Shown: positions 20,951 to 31,433, counted from the stretch's first letter. The stretch is 64,000 nt of DNA from an uncultured Chloroflexia bacterium (GCA_963734535.1 CAVTHS010000002.1:96001-160000); one strand, 5' to 3'. Notes: generated by a model from the letters alone, not told the origin. Made by a program: numbers and translations.

Positions 20951-20983
20951 GTAGAGCCGGGGTAGAGCGGGCATCTCGACCAT
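20951..20983 (+). promoter_or_regulatory. Putative SARP box type B with -10 element
   Basis: GTAGAGC-N4-GTAGAGC, 9 nt, GACCAT. Confidence 0.6.
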
Positions 20984-21054
20984 GTTGAGCGCGCCCAACC
21001 ACGGGTGCATACGGCGTTGACCAGGGTCGACCCGTGTCACGAAGGGGGAATTCG

Positions 21055-21921
21055 ATGGCGAGCAAACCGAGAGCCCGGCCGCCCTGGGCGGCGGTCGTCA
21101 TACCCACAGTCGTCCTCCTTGTCGCCGCGTGCACAACCTCCGGCACGGGAGGAGCCGGCACCGGGAACCCGACCGGCGCGTCCTCGGTGCCAACCTCGAC
21201 AGCGTCGGCCCCCGTGGCCCCCAGCCGGACTGCGGCCGCCAGTCCACTGGCCTCGAGCATGGGCAATTCGAAACTCGCAGTGACCTCGTCAGTCCTCGAC
21301 GGAGCACTGACCGATCCAGTCGAGTGGATCGCAACGGTCACCGGCAACGCAGTGTCGGATCCGATCGATCACGTGGACTTCCTGGTGGACGGCGCGATCG
21401 CGTGGACCGAGCACGCCGTGCCCTACCAATTCAACGACGACGGCAACTTGCTGATCCCCTGGGTCCTGGCGCCCGGGAGCCACCAGCCGGGAATCAACGC
21501 CGTCACAGCCTCCGGAGCCTCCGCGATGACGCAGGCGAGGATCACCACGACCCGGCCGGCGGTCCCCGCAGCGCTGCTCGGCAAGGTGTTCGTCCGGTCC
21601 ATGCCGGGCGGGGGCCAGACGCCAGCCGGCGACTGGCGCTTCACCTTCAACGCCGACGGCGTGATCGCCATCGACGATCCCGGTGGCTTCGGGGCGAACG
21701 AGGGCTTCCTCGCAACGTCGGATGGGACGATGACGCTGTTCGGACCCGCGAACTGGATCGAGCCGGCGGACAGGTGGGGTGGCTTCTGCGACACGGCCGA
21801 TGGCATCGCCAAGATGCACTGGCAGCTCCAGGGAACCCATCTCGTCCTCTCGAGCATCGGCACCGACCCCTGTCGCGGGCGGGCGTTTCTGTTCGCCGGG
21901 ACGTGGACGCTCAAGCCATAG
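21055..21921 (+). CDS. Lipoprotein with an Ig-like domain and a beta-rich C-terminal domain
   Basis: Lipobox LVAAC, Ser/Thr/Pro linker, VDFLVDG...PY Ig-like pattern. Confidence 0.7.
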   Translation: MASKPRARPPWAAVVIPTVVLLVAACTTSGTGGAGTGNPTGASSVPTSTASAPVAPSRTAAASPLASSMGNSKLAVTSSVLDGALTDPVEWIATVTGNAVSDPIDHVDFLVDGAIAWTEHAVPYQFNDDGNLLIPWVLAPGSHQPGINAVTASGASAMTQARITTTRPAVPAALLGKVFVRSMPGGGQTPAGDWRFTFNADGVIAIDDPGGFGANEGFLATSDGTMTLFGPANWIEPADRWGGFCDTADGIAKMHWQLQGTHLVLSSIGTDPCRGRAFLFAGTWTLKP

Positions 21922-22045
21922 GCGTCGGCACCGCTAGAGGGGGTGAGGCGCTCGTGGAGCAGCCGAAGTCAATGTGCCCTACCGTGACCGCGAGCTGGGC
22001 CCCGGCCGACGTTGTTGGCGGGCGGTGGTGGGCAGCGAGGGGGCG

Positions 22046-25000
22046 ATGAACTTCCGGATCCTCGGCTCGCTCGAGGTCGTCGGTGGCGCTGCCATAGCCG
22101 ATCTCGGGCCGCCCAAGCAACGGGCGTTGCTCGCGGTCCTGCTCCTGCATGTCGGGGAGATCGTTTCGGTCGACCGGCTGATCGACGCGCTGTGGCCGGG
22201 CGAACCTCCGCGGACGGCCGCCCATTCGATCCAGATCTACGTCTCCGAGCTCCGAAAGGCGCTGGCCCCCTTCGCGTCCGGAGAGCTCATTGTCACTCGT
22301 CAGCCCGGCTATGCCCTCCAGGCAACCGCGGAATCGGTCGACGCCCGGCAGTTCGAGCGACTTGTCGACGATGGGCTGGCGCGCCTGCAGGCTGGCGACC
22401 GCTCGGCGGGCACCGAGCTGCTCCGATCGGCTCTCACGCTCTGGCGCGGCCCCGCCCTCTCCGATTTCACTTATGAGGAGTTCGCCCAGCCATACATCCG
22501 CCGCCTGACCGACCGTCACCTGGATGCCATCGAGGAGCTCGCCGCCGCCGTCCTTGCGGGCGGGGCGATCCAGGATGCCGTGTCACTGGCGGAAGCGGCG
22601 ATCCGTGAGGATCCGCTTCGCGAGCGATCCCGCGAGATCCTGATGCTCGCGCTCTACCGCTCGGGACGGCATGCTGAAGCCCTTCGGACGTACCAGCGTC
22701 TTCGCGAGCTCCTGGCGGAGGAAATCGGGCTCGATCCGTCTCCGGCCGTGCAGCGGCTCCAGGAGCGGATCCTGCTCCACGATCGAACCCTCGCCCCGGC
22801 CGACGACCCGGCGCCCGTCGACGCGATCAACCCATACAAGGGCCTCCGTTCGTTCACCGAGGACGACGCGGCGGACTTCTTCGGTCGAGATGCGCTGGTG
22901 GAGCGACTCCTCGAGGCCCTCCGAGCGGACAAGCGGCTGATCGCTCTGGTTGGCCCATCCGGTTCGGGCAAGTCGAGCGTCGTGGCGGCCGGCTTGATCC
23001 CTCGGTTGCGCGCCGGTGCGATCCTTGGCTCGGATCGTTGGACGATCGCACAGATCATCCCGGGCGCCAATCCGCGCGACCAGGTCGCGGCCGCCCTCCG
23101 AGGACCCGGGCGCTCGACGGGCACGGAGGAGGGAACGCCAGTCGAATCCGAGGGGCGGCCGATGCCCGCGCCGGGTCGCGCCACGCCGGGCGATCGGCTC
23201 CTGCTGGTGATCGACCAGTTCGAGGACCTGTTTTCGGTCGCCGACGAGCAGGAGCGCCGACGGTTCTTGCTCGAGCTGACGGACGGGATCAAGTCTCCCG
23301 ATCGGAAGCTCACCGTCCTGCTGACGCTGCGGGCTGATTTCTACGATCGCCCGCTCCTGGATCCGGGATTCGCCGAGGTGTTCGTGCCGGGCGTGATGAA
23401 CGTGCTGCCAATGACGACCGACGAGCTCGAGGCGGCGGTCGTCGGGCCGGCCGAGCGCGTCGGAGTCACGGTGGAGCCCGGATTGCTCGCAGCGCTTGTC
23501 GCAGACACGGCTGCCCAGCCCGGCGCGCTGCCGCCACTGCAGTTCGCACTCGCGGAGCTCTTCGACCGAAGCGCACGTGCCACGCTCACGCTCGCCGGCT
23601 ACCGCGCCATCGGCGGCTTGCGTGGAATCCTCTCGCGACGGGCCGAAGCCCTGTACCGACAGCTCGGAGACCAGGAGCAGCAGGTCGCCAAGCAGGTGTT
23701 CCTGCGGCTCGTTCGGCCTGGCCGTGGGACGATCGACTCAGGACGGCGGCCCCCGCTCTCCGAGCTCGCCGACCTCGACATGGACCCGGTGGCCCTCTCA
23801 GAAGTCCTCAACGCGTTCGGTCGCAACCGGCTCCTTTCGTTCGATCGCGACCCCGTGACCGGCGATGCCACGGTCGAGGTTGCCCACGAAGCGCTTCTCC
23901 GGGAATGGGAGCGCCTGGCGGGCTGGATCGACCGACATCGCACGGCCCTCCGCCGCCACGACACCTTGACCGCTGCCGCGGAGGAATGGGAGGCCGCCGG
24001 CCGCGACGCCGACTATCTCGTTGTTGGGTCGCGCCTCACCGAGCTCGAAGCGACGATCAAGGACGGCACCCTCCAACTGACCGGGCGCGAGCGCGCATTC
24101 CTTGAGGCGAGCCTCGATCGGCGGCGCACCGAACGGGCACGGGAGGCCGCTCGGTGGGCGTCGAGCAGAAGGCTGGAGCGCCGAGCGAGGTCGCGGCTCG
24201 TCGGCCTCGGGATCGCTCTGCTGGCGCTGATTGTCGTCGGTGGCTATGCCGCGCTCGTCGCCGCCGGCAGCAAGCTGGCACCCGTCGCGTTGCTTTACAA
24301 CGGCGACGGCGTCTTCACCGCCGCCCGCATCGTCGAGCGCGGGTTCGACAGTGGGGTGTCGGACCTCGGACTCACCTCGCGCAAGACGTCGGTGTCGGAC
24401 GGCCCGTCGGCTGACGCTGCCCTCCGGACGTTGTCCAGGGACGGGGCCGGGCTCATCGTGGTCGCGAACGTGGAGGCGGACGTTGACGCTGTTGCTGCTG
24501 ACTTTCCTCGTACAAGGTACGTCGTGCTCGACCTGCCAGCCGTGCAGTCGAATGTGATCCACCTTTCGTTCGCGGATAACCAAGGCTCCTTCCTCGCCGG
24601 TGCGGCCGCGGCGACCACCAGCCGGACGGGTACCATCGGCTTCATCGGCGGCATGGATGGCCCGGTCATCTGGCCGTTCCAAGCCGGCTACGAGGCCGGG
24701 GCCCGCGCGGTCAACCCGTCGATCAGGATCCTGGCGACGTACCTGTCGGCGTTCGGTGACTACAACGGGTACGACGATCCGGTCGCCGCCGCGACTGCGG
24801 CCGCGGTCCAGTACAGGTCCGGTGCCGACGTGATCTTCGGTGCTGCTGGCGATTCCGGGTACGGTGTGTTCAGGGCGGCTACCGACGCGTCCGCCGCCAC
24901 CGGGCGGAAGGTGTGGGCGATCGGCGTCGATTCCGACCAGTACCAAACTGTCGGGGACAACTCGGCGAACGTCGGATGGCAGGCCTGGCAGCCGCACATT

Positions 25001-25276
25001 CTCACCTCGATGCTGAAGCGCGCGGACATGGGCGTCCACGCGGTCCTGTCCGACTACGCCCACGGGAGCGCTGCAACCGGCGCTCGCAACCTGGGACTTG
25101 CCGCCGGAGACGTCGGTCTCTCCTACAGCGGCGGCTTCATCGACGGAATGCGCCCGATGATCGATGCCTGGACGGCGAAGATTGTCGCGGGCTCCGTCGT
25201 GGTGCCATGCATCCCCGCCGAGCGGCTGAGCCAGGCGGGCGCCATTGGATTGCCTCCGATCGGCTGCGGCGACTGA
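22046..25276 (+). CDS. SARP (wHTH-BTAD) - STAND-like NTPase - TM - BMP/PnrA-family solute-binding domain fusion
   Basis: FRILGSL, DPLRE, NPYKGLRSF, GPSGSGKSS, VIDQFEDLF, VEVAHEALL, one TM helix, then FADNQGSFLAG, IGFIGG, ADVIF, AIGVDSDQ and ILTSMLKRAD. Confidence 0.9.
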   Translation: MNFRILGSLEVVGGAAIADLGPPKQRALLAVLLLHVGEIVSVDRLIDALWPGEPPRTAAHSIQIYVSELRKALAPFASGELIVTRQPGYALQATAESVDARQFERLVDDGLARLQAGDRSAGTELLRSALTLWRGPALSDFTYEEFAQPYIRRLTDRHLDAIEELAAAVLAGGAIQDAVSLAEAAIREDPLRERSREILMLALYRSGRHAEALRTYQRLRELLAEEIGLDPSPAVQRLQERILLHDRTLAPADDPAPVDAINPYKGLRSFTEDDAADFFGRDALVERLLEALRADKRLIALVGPSGSGKSSVVAAGLIPRLRAGAILGSDRWTIAQIIPGANPRDQVAAALRGPGRSTGTEEGTPVESEGRPMPAPGRATPGDRLLLVIDQFEDLFSVADEQERRRFLLELTDGIKSPDRKLTVLLTLRADFYDRPLLDPGFAEVFVPGVMNVLPMTTDELEAAVVGPAERVGVTVEPGLLAALVADTAAQPGALPPLQFALAELFDRSARATLTLAGYRAIGGLRGILSRRAEALYRQLGDQEQQVAKQVFLRLVRPGRGTIDSGRRPPLSELADLDMDPVALSEVLNAFGRNRLLSFDRDPVTGDATVEVAHEALLREWERLAGWIDRHRTALRRHDTLTAAAEEWEAAGRDADYLVVGSRLTELEATIKDGTLQLTGRERAFLEASLDRRRTERAREAARWASSRRLERRARSRLVGLGIALLALIVVGGYAALVAAGSKLAPVALLYNGDGVFTAARIVERGFDSGVSDLGLTSRKTSVSDGPSADAALRTLSRDGAGLIVVANVEADVDAVAADFPRTRYVVLDLPAVQSNVIHLSFADNQGSFLAGAAAATTSRTGTIGFIGGMDGPVIWPFQAGYEAGARAVNPSIRILATYLSAFGDYNGYDDPVAAATAAAVQYRSGADVIFGAAGDSGYGVFRAATDASAATGRKVWAIGVDSDQYQTVGDNSANVGWQAWQPHILTSMLKRADMGVHAVLSDYAHGSAATGARNLGLAAGDVGLSYSGGFIDGMRPMIDAWTAKIVAGSVVVPCIPAERLSQAGAIGLPPIGCGD

Positions 25277-25335
25277 CCGAGGCGATCTCTGCGGATCACG
25301 CGTCGCGCCGGCTGAGGATCGCGTCGAGTTCCGAC

Positions 25336-25368
25336 GTAGAGCGCGGGTAGAGCAGGGCGCTGGAGGAT
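25336..25368 (+). promoter_or_regulatory. Putative SARP box type B with -10 element
   Basis: GTAGAGC-N4-GTAGAGC, 9 nt, GAGGAT. Confidence 0.6.
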
Positions 25369-25428
25369 CGCGCACGGAGGCCGGCCCGCTGGGCCGGGCC
25401 GTGCACGGCCTGACAAGGAGTCATCGCC

Positions 25429-27258
25429 ATGAACCTGGGGGGCACCCGTCCGAACGCCCGACGACAACGGGCAGGACTCCGTTCGACGCTCGCCATCGGT
25501 CTGACGGCCGTGCTCTGCGCCGCCCTGCCGGGCGTTGCCGCGGCCGCCGGCCCGTCGGGTGCGTCGTCCGGGGGGCAGATCACGCGGCAGCCCATGCGGC
25601 TGACCCACCATGCAGCGCCGGCATGGCTCGCGGGCCAGATGCGAATCCTCACCGGCGGCGCTAACCCTTCCCGGCCTTCACTCGTCTCGGCGCTCCCGGC
25701 GAGCGGTGCGAACCTGTGTGTCGGTAGCCGGCCGGCGTGCTTCGCGACGATCCAGGCCGCGCTGGACGCTGCCCATGACGGCGACACGATCCGAATCGGC
25801 GCCGGAACCTACGCCGGCGGAATCACCATCAACGCGAGCGTCAATCTCATCGGCGCCGGAGCCGGCCTGACGGTCATCAGGGGTGGTGGCCCCGTGGTGA
25901 CCATCGGCGAGTATCGGGCCCCCAGCGCGCCGACGGTCGCGATCAGCGGGGTGACCGTCACGGGCGGCGTCTCGCACTCGAGCCCGATGTCGGCTGACTG
26001 GCTCGGAGCGGAGGATGTGATCGCGGCCGGCGGTGGGGTCGAGATCCTGCCCTTCGCCGACTCGAACGGCAACCTCGCCGGCGGGGCTACCGTAACGATC
26101 AGTCACAGCGTGGTTACCGGCAACACGGCGACCCCGACCCAAACCCTGTTGATCGGACCCGCGTGTCCCGGCGGCCCTTGCTCGTTCGCCTGGGCGAAGG
26201 GAGGCGGAATCGACAACTTCGGCAACCTGACGCTGGTGGACACCACCGTCAGCAACAACACCGCAGCCGGCGTCGCCAGTGATGCGAACGGCGGGGGGAT
26301 CAACGTCTGGGGGACCGGCTCCCTGACCCTTGCAGGGAGCCGCGTCACCGGCAACCTCGCGACCGCCGTGGCGCCCGACGGCCGCTACGCTGAAGGCGGT
26401 GGCATCTTCACGGACGAGGGCATCACGCTCGGCATCAGCGACAGCGTGATCAGCGACAACGCGGCCAGCCTGACCAGCACGCAGCCGTTCGACGTCGGCG
26501 GCGGTAACACGCTCGACATGAACGCGAACGGCGGCGGCATTCACGTCGGCGACGGCAGCAGCGTGACGATCAGCGGCACGACGATTCGTAACAACCTCGT
26601 CAGCGTCAATGACCCCAACGGCGAGCCGTACGCCTTCGACGTCGCGCTGCACCCAGGTGACGGCCCCTTCGTCCTGCGCGACAGCACGATCTTGAGCAAT
26701 CATGTCCTCGCCCAGGTGGGTTCATCTGCCGACGTCGGCCCGAGCGGAAGCGCCGTCGGTATCACCGGCCCCGCCACAGTCACCAAGACCAGGATCGTCG
26801 GCAACACCACCCTGGTGACGAGCATGTCCGGCAGCGCCTGGGCCTCGGCCGCAGGTGTGTACGCGGGCGACACGACGTCGACACCGATCCTGATGAGCAA
26901 CACGATCATCAGTGGCAACCTGACCACGACCTCGAGCACGAGCGGATCTGTGACGGTCAATGGCTCCGGCCTGGTCAACGAGGGCCAGCTGCTCCTTCGC
27001 GACACGATCGTGGCGGCGAACGTCGGGGTCGCCCACGGGCGGTCTGGAACCGCGCAGGGCGCGGGCGTCTGGAACGGCAGCCTGTTCGACTCGACGCCCG
27101 CCCAGCTGACGCTGGATGGCACGACCGTGAGCCTCAACGCGCTCATCGGGGGTGCTGGCGTCACGCTTCAGGGCGGCGGTGTGTTCACGGCCGTCCCGGT
27201 CATCCTCCACGGAAGCCGTATCGCGCATAACCTGCCGGACGACTGCTCCGGCTGCTGA
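25429..27258 (+). CDS. Secreted right-handed beta-helix (pectin lyase-like / GG[GA]I repeat) protein
   Basis: Signal peptide; TIQAALDAA...GDTIRIGAGTY; repeated GGGI and NxA motifs; AAGGAG RBS. Confidence 0.8.
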   Translation: MNLGGTRPNARRQRAGLRSTLAIGLTAVLCAALPGVAAAAGPSGASSGGQITRQPMRLTHHAAPAWLAGQMRILTGGANPSRPSLVSALPASGANLCVGSRPACFATIQAALDAAHDGDTIRIGAGTYAGGITINASVNLIGAGAGLTVIRGGGPVVTIGEYRAPSAPTVAISGVTVTGGVSHSSPMSADWLGAEDVIAAGGGVEILPFADSNGNLAGGATVTISHSVVTGNTATPTQTLLIGPACPGGPCSFAWAKGGGIDNFGNLTLVDTTVSNNTAAGVASDANGGGINVWGTGSLTLAGSRVTGNLATAVAPDGRYAEGGGIFTDEGITLGISDSVISDNAASLTSTQPFDVGGGNTLDMNANGGGIHVGDGSSVTISGTTIRNNLVSVNDPNGEPYAFDVALHPGDGPFVLRDSTILSNHVLAQVGSSADVGPSGSAVGITGPATVTKTRIVGNTTLVTSMSGSAWASAAGVYAGDTTSTPILMSNTIISGNLTTTSSTSGSVTVNGSGLVNEGQLLLRDTIVAANVGVAHGRSGTAQGAGVWNGSLFDSTPAQLTLDGTTVSLNALIGGAGVTLQGGGVFTAVPVILHGSRIAHNLPDDCSGC

Positions 27259-27300
27259 GACCGCGGGCCGGGGCCACAGCGGGGCACACCGCACGGTCGG

Positions 27301-27339
27301 GTAGCCCAGATGCAGATCCGCTTCTCGCAACTGGGCTAC
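27301..27339. terminator. Inverted repeat between convergent genes
   Basis: GTAGCCCAG...CTGGGCTAC stem, no clear U tract. Confidence 0.3.
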
Positions 27340-27466
27340 TCGTCCGCTGCCCGCTGCCCGCCGCACGCTCGTGCCTGCCATGCCTCCGCCCGATGCTTCG
27401 TCAGCCGGACGCATCAGACGATGCGATTGTGGCGTCAGCACTCTTCTTCAGGCCCTCTGTTCACCG

Positions 27467-28911
27467 TCAGCGCCCGCTGACGACGTCACCGATCCAGAAC
27501 ACGGCCCGATCGCCGCCCATCCCGGTGCCCACGGTCTTGCCGCCGATGATCGCCCGGGAGCCCGACACGGCGAGCGAGCGTCCGAACTCTTCATTGGTCG
27601 CTTCGATGGTCGCCGCCCGCCACTTCGTGCCGTCCACGGAAGTCCACACGGCCATATTGCCCTGCCCGTCGTCGCCGACGACGATGAAGCCGCCGCTCAT
27701 GGCGTAGAGGCCGGGGATCGACGACCCGCGGATGTCGGGAGCGGTGCGAACCGACGCCGACCCGGTCCGCGCCCACGTTGCGCCGCCATCTGCGGAGAGC
27801 CACGCCGCGAGACCGGTCCAGGTGCCGGGGGTCGCCTCGTCACCCGGCGCGGGCACGGCGCCCAGCGCGGCGAGATGGCGGCCCTGGGCCGCCACCGAGA
27901 CGAGGTCCGCGCTCGCGTCCGACCCGTCGGGGAATGTCGCCCGCTGCCAGTCCTGCCCGTCGGGCGAAAACCAGGCCGCGGCTGATGTCTCCACGCTGCC
28001 GACTGCCACGAAACCCTCGTCAGTGGCCGTGACGCCGGTGACCTTGGCGCCGGGCGTCCCAACCGGCGCCTCGGACCACGTCGTGCCGTCGCGGCTGAAG
28101 ACGAGCGACCCGACGTCGAGGCCGCGCACCGCCATGATTCCCGCCGGCCCCACGGTGACGCGGAGAAGCTCACCCGGCGCGAACGCGGGCTGGTCGGGGA
28201 CGCGTTGCCAGGTCGTGCCGTCGGTCGAGGTCCAGGCGGCGCCGGCCGGCCGCACGTCGGTCGCCACGCCCTTGTCGATCTCCGCGCGGATGGCCGTCGT
28301 GTCCTCGCCGACCGCGACGAGAAGGTCGCCCCAACGGGCGATCCCGCTGACCTGCGTGTCGCCACCGGGGGAAGCGAACCGCCCGCGGTCCACGTCATGC
28401 CGTCGCCCGAGTGGAGGACCACGGGAGCCTTCCTGCTGTCGATGGCGGAGGCGATCGCGACGAACCTCCCGTCGGGCGCGGTCGCCACCGCGGTGTTGCT
28501 CGCCGGGCTCACGTGCAGGAGGGGCGCGTCGGGCACGCGGCCCCAGGTCGTCGGCGGAGCGCCGGCCGGCAGGACGAGGGCCGGCGCAGAATGTGTTGGC
28601 GTGAGAGCAGCCGACGCCGACGGCGCCGGGCTGATCGGCGCGACCGACGGAAGAACGCTCGGCGCCGGTCCGACCGAAGTCCTGCGAGCGCCCAACCCGA
28701 TGATGAGCGTGGCGCTGACCAGGACCACCGCGGCCACTGCCGCTACCGACGCCATCAGCCGGGAAACGCGCGGGGGCCGGACGAGCCTGGCCCGAAGCGC
28801 CGCGTCGTCGGGCACCGCGGCGATGCGCGCCCGCAGTCCGCTGCCGACCGGGCCGGGATCGTCCTCGAGAAGCGCGGCACGCAGCTCACGCTCCAGGTGC
28901 TCGTCGTTCAT
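27467..28911 (-). CDS. Putative anti-sigma factor: short cytoplasmic N-terminus, TM, Pro-rich linker, BNR/Asp-box beta-propeller (frameshift about 28385)
   Basis: LERELRAAL N-terminus, TM helix, repeated WxSxDGxxW; ATGA-coupled to the ECF sigma gene. Confidence 0.7.
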
Positions 28912-29480
28912 CGGGAACCTCCGGGCGCCCGCTCCGCGGCGTCGAGGGCCGCTCGCATCTGGCGCAGCGCGTAGTGGAGCCGCGACTTCACGGTCCCCTC
29001 GCGCTCGCCCGTCCGGGCGGCGATCTCTGCAGGGGACAGGTCGGCGATGTGGCGCAGGACGACCGCCACGCGGTGGTCGGCGTCGAGGGTCGCGAGCGCC
29101 CGATGGAGGATCTCGCGCTCGTGCAGGCCGGCGAATGCGTCGGGGCCGGGCGCCTCGGTCTCATTGGTGAAGGCGAGCCGGCGGATCATCTTCCGGCGCA
29201 TCCGCGCCCGGCAGCCGTTGACGAGGATCCGGTCGAACCAGGCGTCGACCCGCTCGGGATCGCGCAGCTCTCCCCAGTGGAGCCAGGCTTGGACCGCGGC
29301 GTCGTGGACGGCATCCTCGGCATCCGATCGGTCGCGGAGAAGGAGGCCAGCCAGGCGATAGGCGCGCTCCAGGCGGCTCTGCGTGAACCGCTCGAAGGCT
29401 GCCCTCCGCTCGACCTCCGTCCCCCCGGACGCGCGAGGCCCCACGGTGATCACGCCCTCCAGTCGTTCGATGGCCACCAT
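28908..29480 (-). CDS. ECF RNA polymerase sigma factor
   Basis: DAEDAVHDA, AWFDRILVN and EIAA...GTVKSRLHYA motifs. Confidence 0.92.
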   Translation of the reverse strand: MVAIERLEGVITVGPRASGGTEVERRAAFERFTQSRLERAYRLAGLLLRDRSDAEDAVHDAAVQAWLHWGELRDPERVDAWFDRILVNGCRARMRRKMIRRLAFTNETEAPGPDAFAGLHEREILHRALATLDADHRVAVVLRHIADLSPAEIAARTGEREGTVKSRLHYALRQMRAALDAAERAPGGSR

Positions 29481-29488
29481 GCTCTACA

Positions 29489-29514
29489 GATGCGAGCGAA
29501 CGCTGGCCGGTTCA
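29489..29514 (-). promoter_or_regulatory. Putative ECF-type autoregulatory promoter
   Basis: TGAACC-16 nt-CATC, 8 nt before the sigma ATG. Confidence 0.4.
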
Positions 29515-29640
29515 ATCTTCGCCCGGACCGACGTCGGCGAGCGTGTCGGTACGCGAATCGGGCTATGTGCGAGCGTCGCCTGTTGCTGGCCGATGCGACC
29601 CGGAAATGCTGACTCGTTGTCACCGGGGTGCGGCCTGTCT

Positions 29641-29657
29641 GAGGTGCCAGAGCGGCC
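29641..29657 (+). repeat. Second partial copy of the tRNA-Ser(TGA) 5' end
   Basis: GAGGTGCCAGAGCGGCC is identical to 10724-10740; 15 nt match the tRNA. Confidence 0.65.
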
Positions 29658-29772
29658 GCGAGACGACTCCGTCGACGCCGAGCCCTATCCTATGGTCCGC
29701 ACCTGTGTTGGGAACCTTGCGTCAAGGGCCACGCCCGCCCAACCGGCGCACATTGAGCACGGATTCACACGC

Positions 29773-29859
<87 letters not shown>

Positions 29860-29998
29860 GTTCGCGCGCAGGAGCTGCGCATCGGCGCGTCCACCGTGTC
29901 GAGCATCGGGGCGCCCACCGTGGCGCGCCTGTCCGCCGCCTGACCGCGGACGCCCCAGGCGCGCCGACCGACCAGGCTTCCACGACAATCAGCCTCGC

Positions 29999-30937
29999 AT
30001 GGTCCGGCTGCCCGCGTTCGACATCTACCTGGAGCTCGGTCTCGCGCCGACAGCGGACCGGGCGCAGATTCGTGCGGCCTACCGGCAGGCGGCCAAGGAG
30101 GCGCATCCGGACGTCTCCGACACGGCCGGCTCCACGGCGCGGATGGCGCGCATCAACGCGGCGCGCGACGTGCTGCTCGACCACGACCGGCGCGCCGAGT
30201 ACGACCGCCAGCACGGCCTGCTGTCGCGCGCACCGACGCGTGCGCCACGAACGACTGGCCCGCGGACCGGCACGCGACGCAGGGCTGCGACCGCGGCGTC
30301 CGGCGATGGCGCGCCCGACCCACCGACCGAGGCGCGCGGCCGGCGCGGGCCACCGATCGCCGAGTGCCCGGTCTGCCCCTGGCCCGACCCGGCCGAGTTC
30401 GGGCATTGCGCGCTCGGCCACGAGGAGATGGCGCCGCGGTTCGGAGGTCCCCGACGGTTCCGGCTCGATCCGATCGAGCATGGCTCGGGCATGCCGTTCG
30501 GGTCTGCAGGCGAGGCCCGGGATCACGCGCGCACCTGCTCGTGGTTCGCCGCGACGCGCGCCGGTGGCGGGCGACCGACCGTGCTCGTGGGGTGGGGCGG
30601 GCGGGCCGAGTTCCCCGCCGTCGGGCGCATCCGCCAGCGCGACGGCGTCGCCCTCGACCCGGAGGTCGTGGCGGTCCTCGCGGCGTACGCCGACGAGGCC
30701 GCCGTGCGTGACGCGCTGGCCTATGCCGTGGCCGGCCGCGTGGTGCTGATGACGCGACATGGCGATCGGGTGCGGTCGATCGTGTGCGGTCGACACGCCT
30801 ACGCGGTCGAGCTCACGATCGGTTCGTCCGCTCCCGGCGCTCCGAGCCGGGCTTCATGCTCGTGCCCGAGCTGGCGTCCCGCCTGCAAGCACGTGCTGGC
30901 GACATGGCTGGTCTGGCACTACACGCGGCCGTCCTGA
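29999..30937 (+). CDS. J-domain protein with a C-terminal SWIM zinc finger
   Basis: YLELGL...AYRQAAKEAHPD...INAARDVL (J domain) and CSCPSWRPACKH (SWIM). Confidence 0.8.
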   Translation: MVRLPAFDIYLELGLAPTADRAQIRAAYRQAAKEAHPDVSDTAGSTARMARINAARDVLLDHDRRAEYDRQHGLLSRAPTRAPRTTGPRTGTRRRAATAASGDGAPDPPTEARGRRGPPIAECPVCPWPDPAEFGHCALGHEEMAPRFGGPRRFRLDPIEHGSGMPFGSAGEARDHARTCSWFAATRAGGGRPTVLVGWGGRAEFPAVGRIRQRDGVALDPEVVAVLAAYADEAAVRDALAYAVAGRVVLMTRHGDRVRSIVCGRHAYAVELTIGSSAPGAPSRASCSCPSWRPACKHVLATWLVWHYTRPS

Positions 30938-31074
30938 CGCGACCGGCGGTGCGCCGGCTCCTGACCCGGCCCGCCGGAGCGCCGGCCGCTGACGAAGCCG
31001 CCCGGCACGCGGCGCCCCCGTCGCCCGGACCTGCGCGGCGCCAGACGCCCGTTCACACGCCAGGCGCCCGGCGC

Positions 31075-31104
31075 TTGACCATTTCCGGAGCGGCCCCGTA
31101 GACT
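31075..31104 (+). promoter_or_regulatory. Sigma70-type promoter of the trp operon
   Basis: TTGACC-18 nt-TAGACT. Confidence 0.55.
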
Positions 31105-31119
31105 CCGCGGCAATTGAAG

Positions 31120-31415
31120 ACATGGGCTGTGAACGGGACGAGTACCCGTCGCGCGCCAGCACAGAGACCCGGCGGTCGGTGGAAGACCGGGGTGGCGGCG
31201 ACGGCGAATGGACCCGGGAGCCTCCGGACCGAACGCGCGGGCAGGGCCCGCGCCAGTAGGCTCCGGCGCAGGGCGCCAGCGATAGCGGGCAGCGCCGATC
31301 GGACGAAGCAGCCGTCCCGTCGGTCACGTGAGCGCGGCAGTGCCGAAGTCGGGTGGCACCGCGGATGGTCAGACCGGCCGTTCGTCCCGAGTGGACGAAG
31401 GTCGGTTTCGTTGTC
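31120..31415 (+). promoter_or_regulatory. T-box riboswitch with Trp specifier
   Basis: AGTA box, AG and GNTG boxes, GAA-TGG specifier (31209-31211), T-box GGGTGGCACCGCG (31351-31363), terminator hairpin 31371-31415. Confidence 0.9.
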
Positions 31416-31433
31416 TCTGGAGGCCCGCGGACG

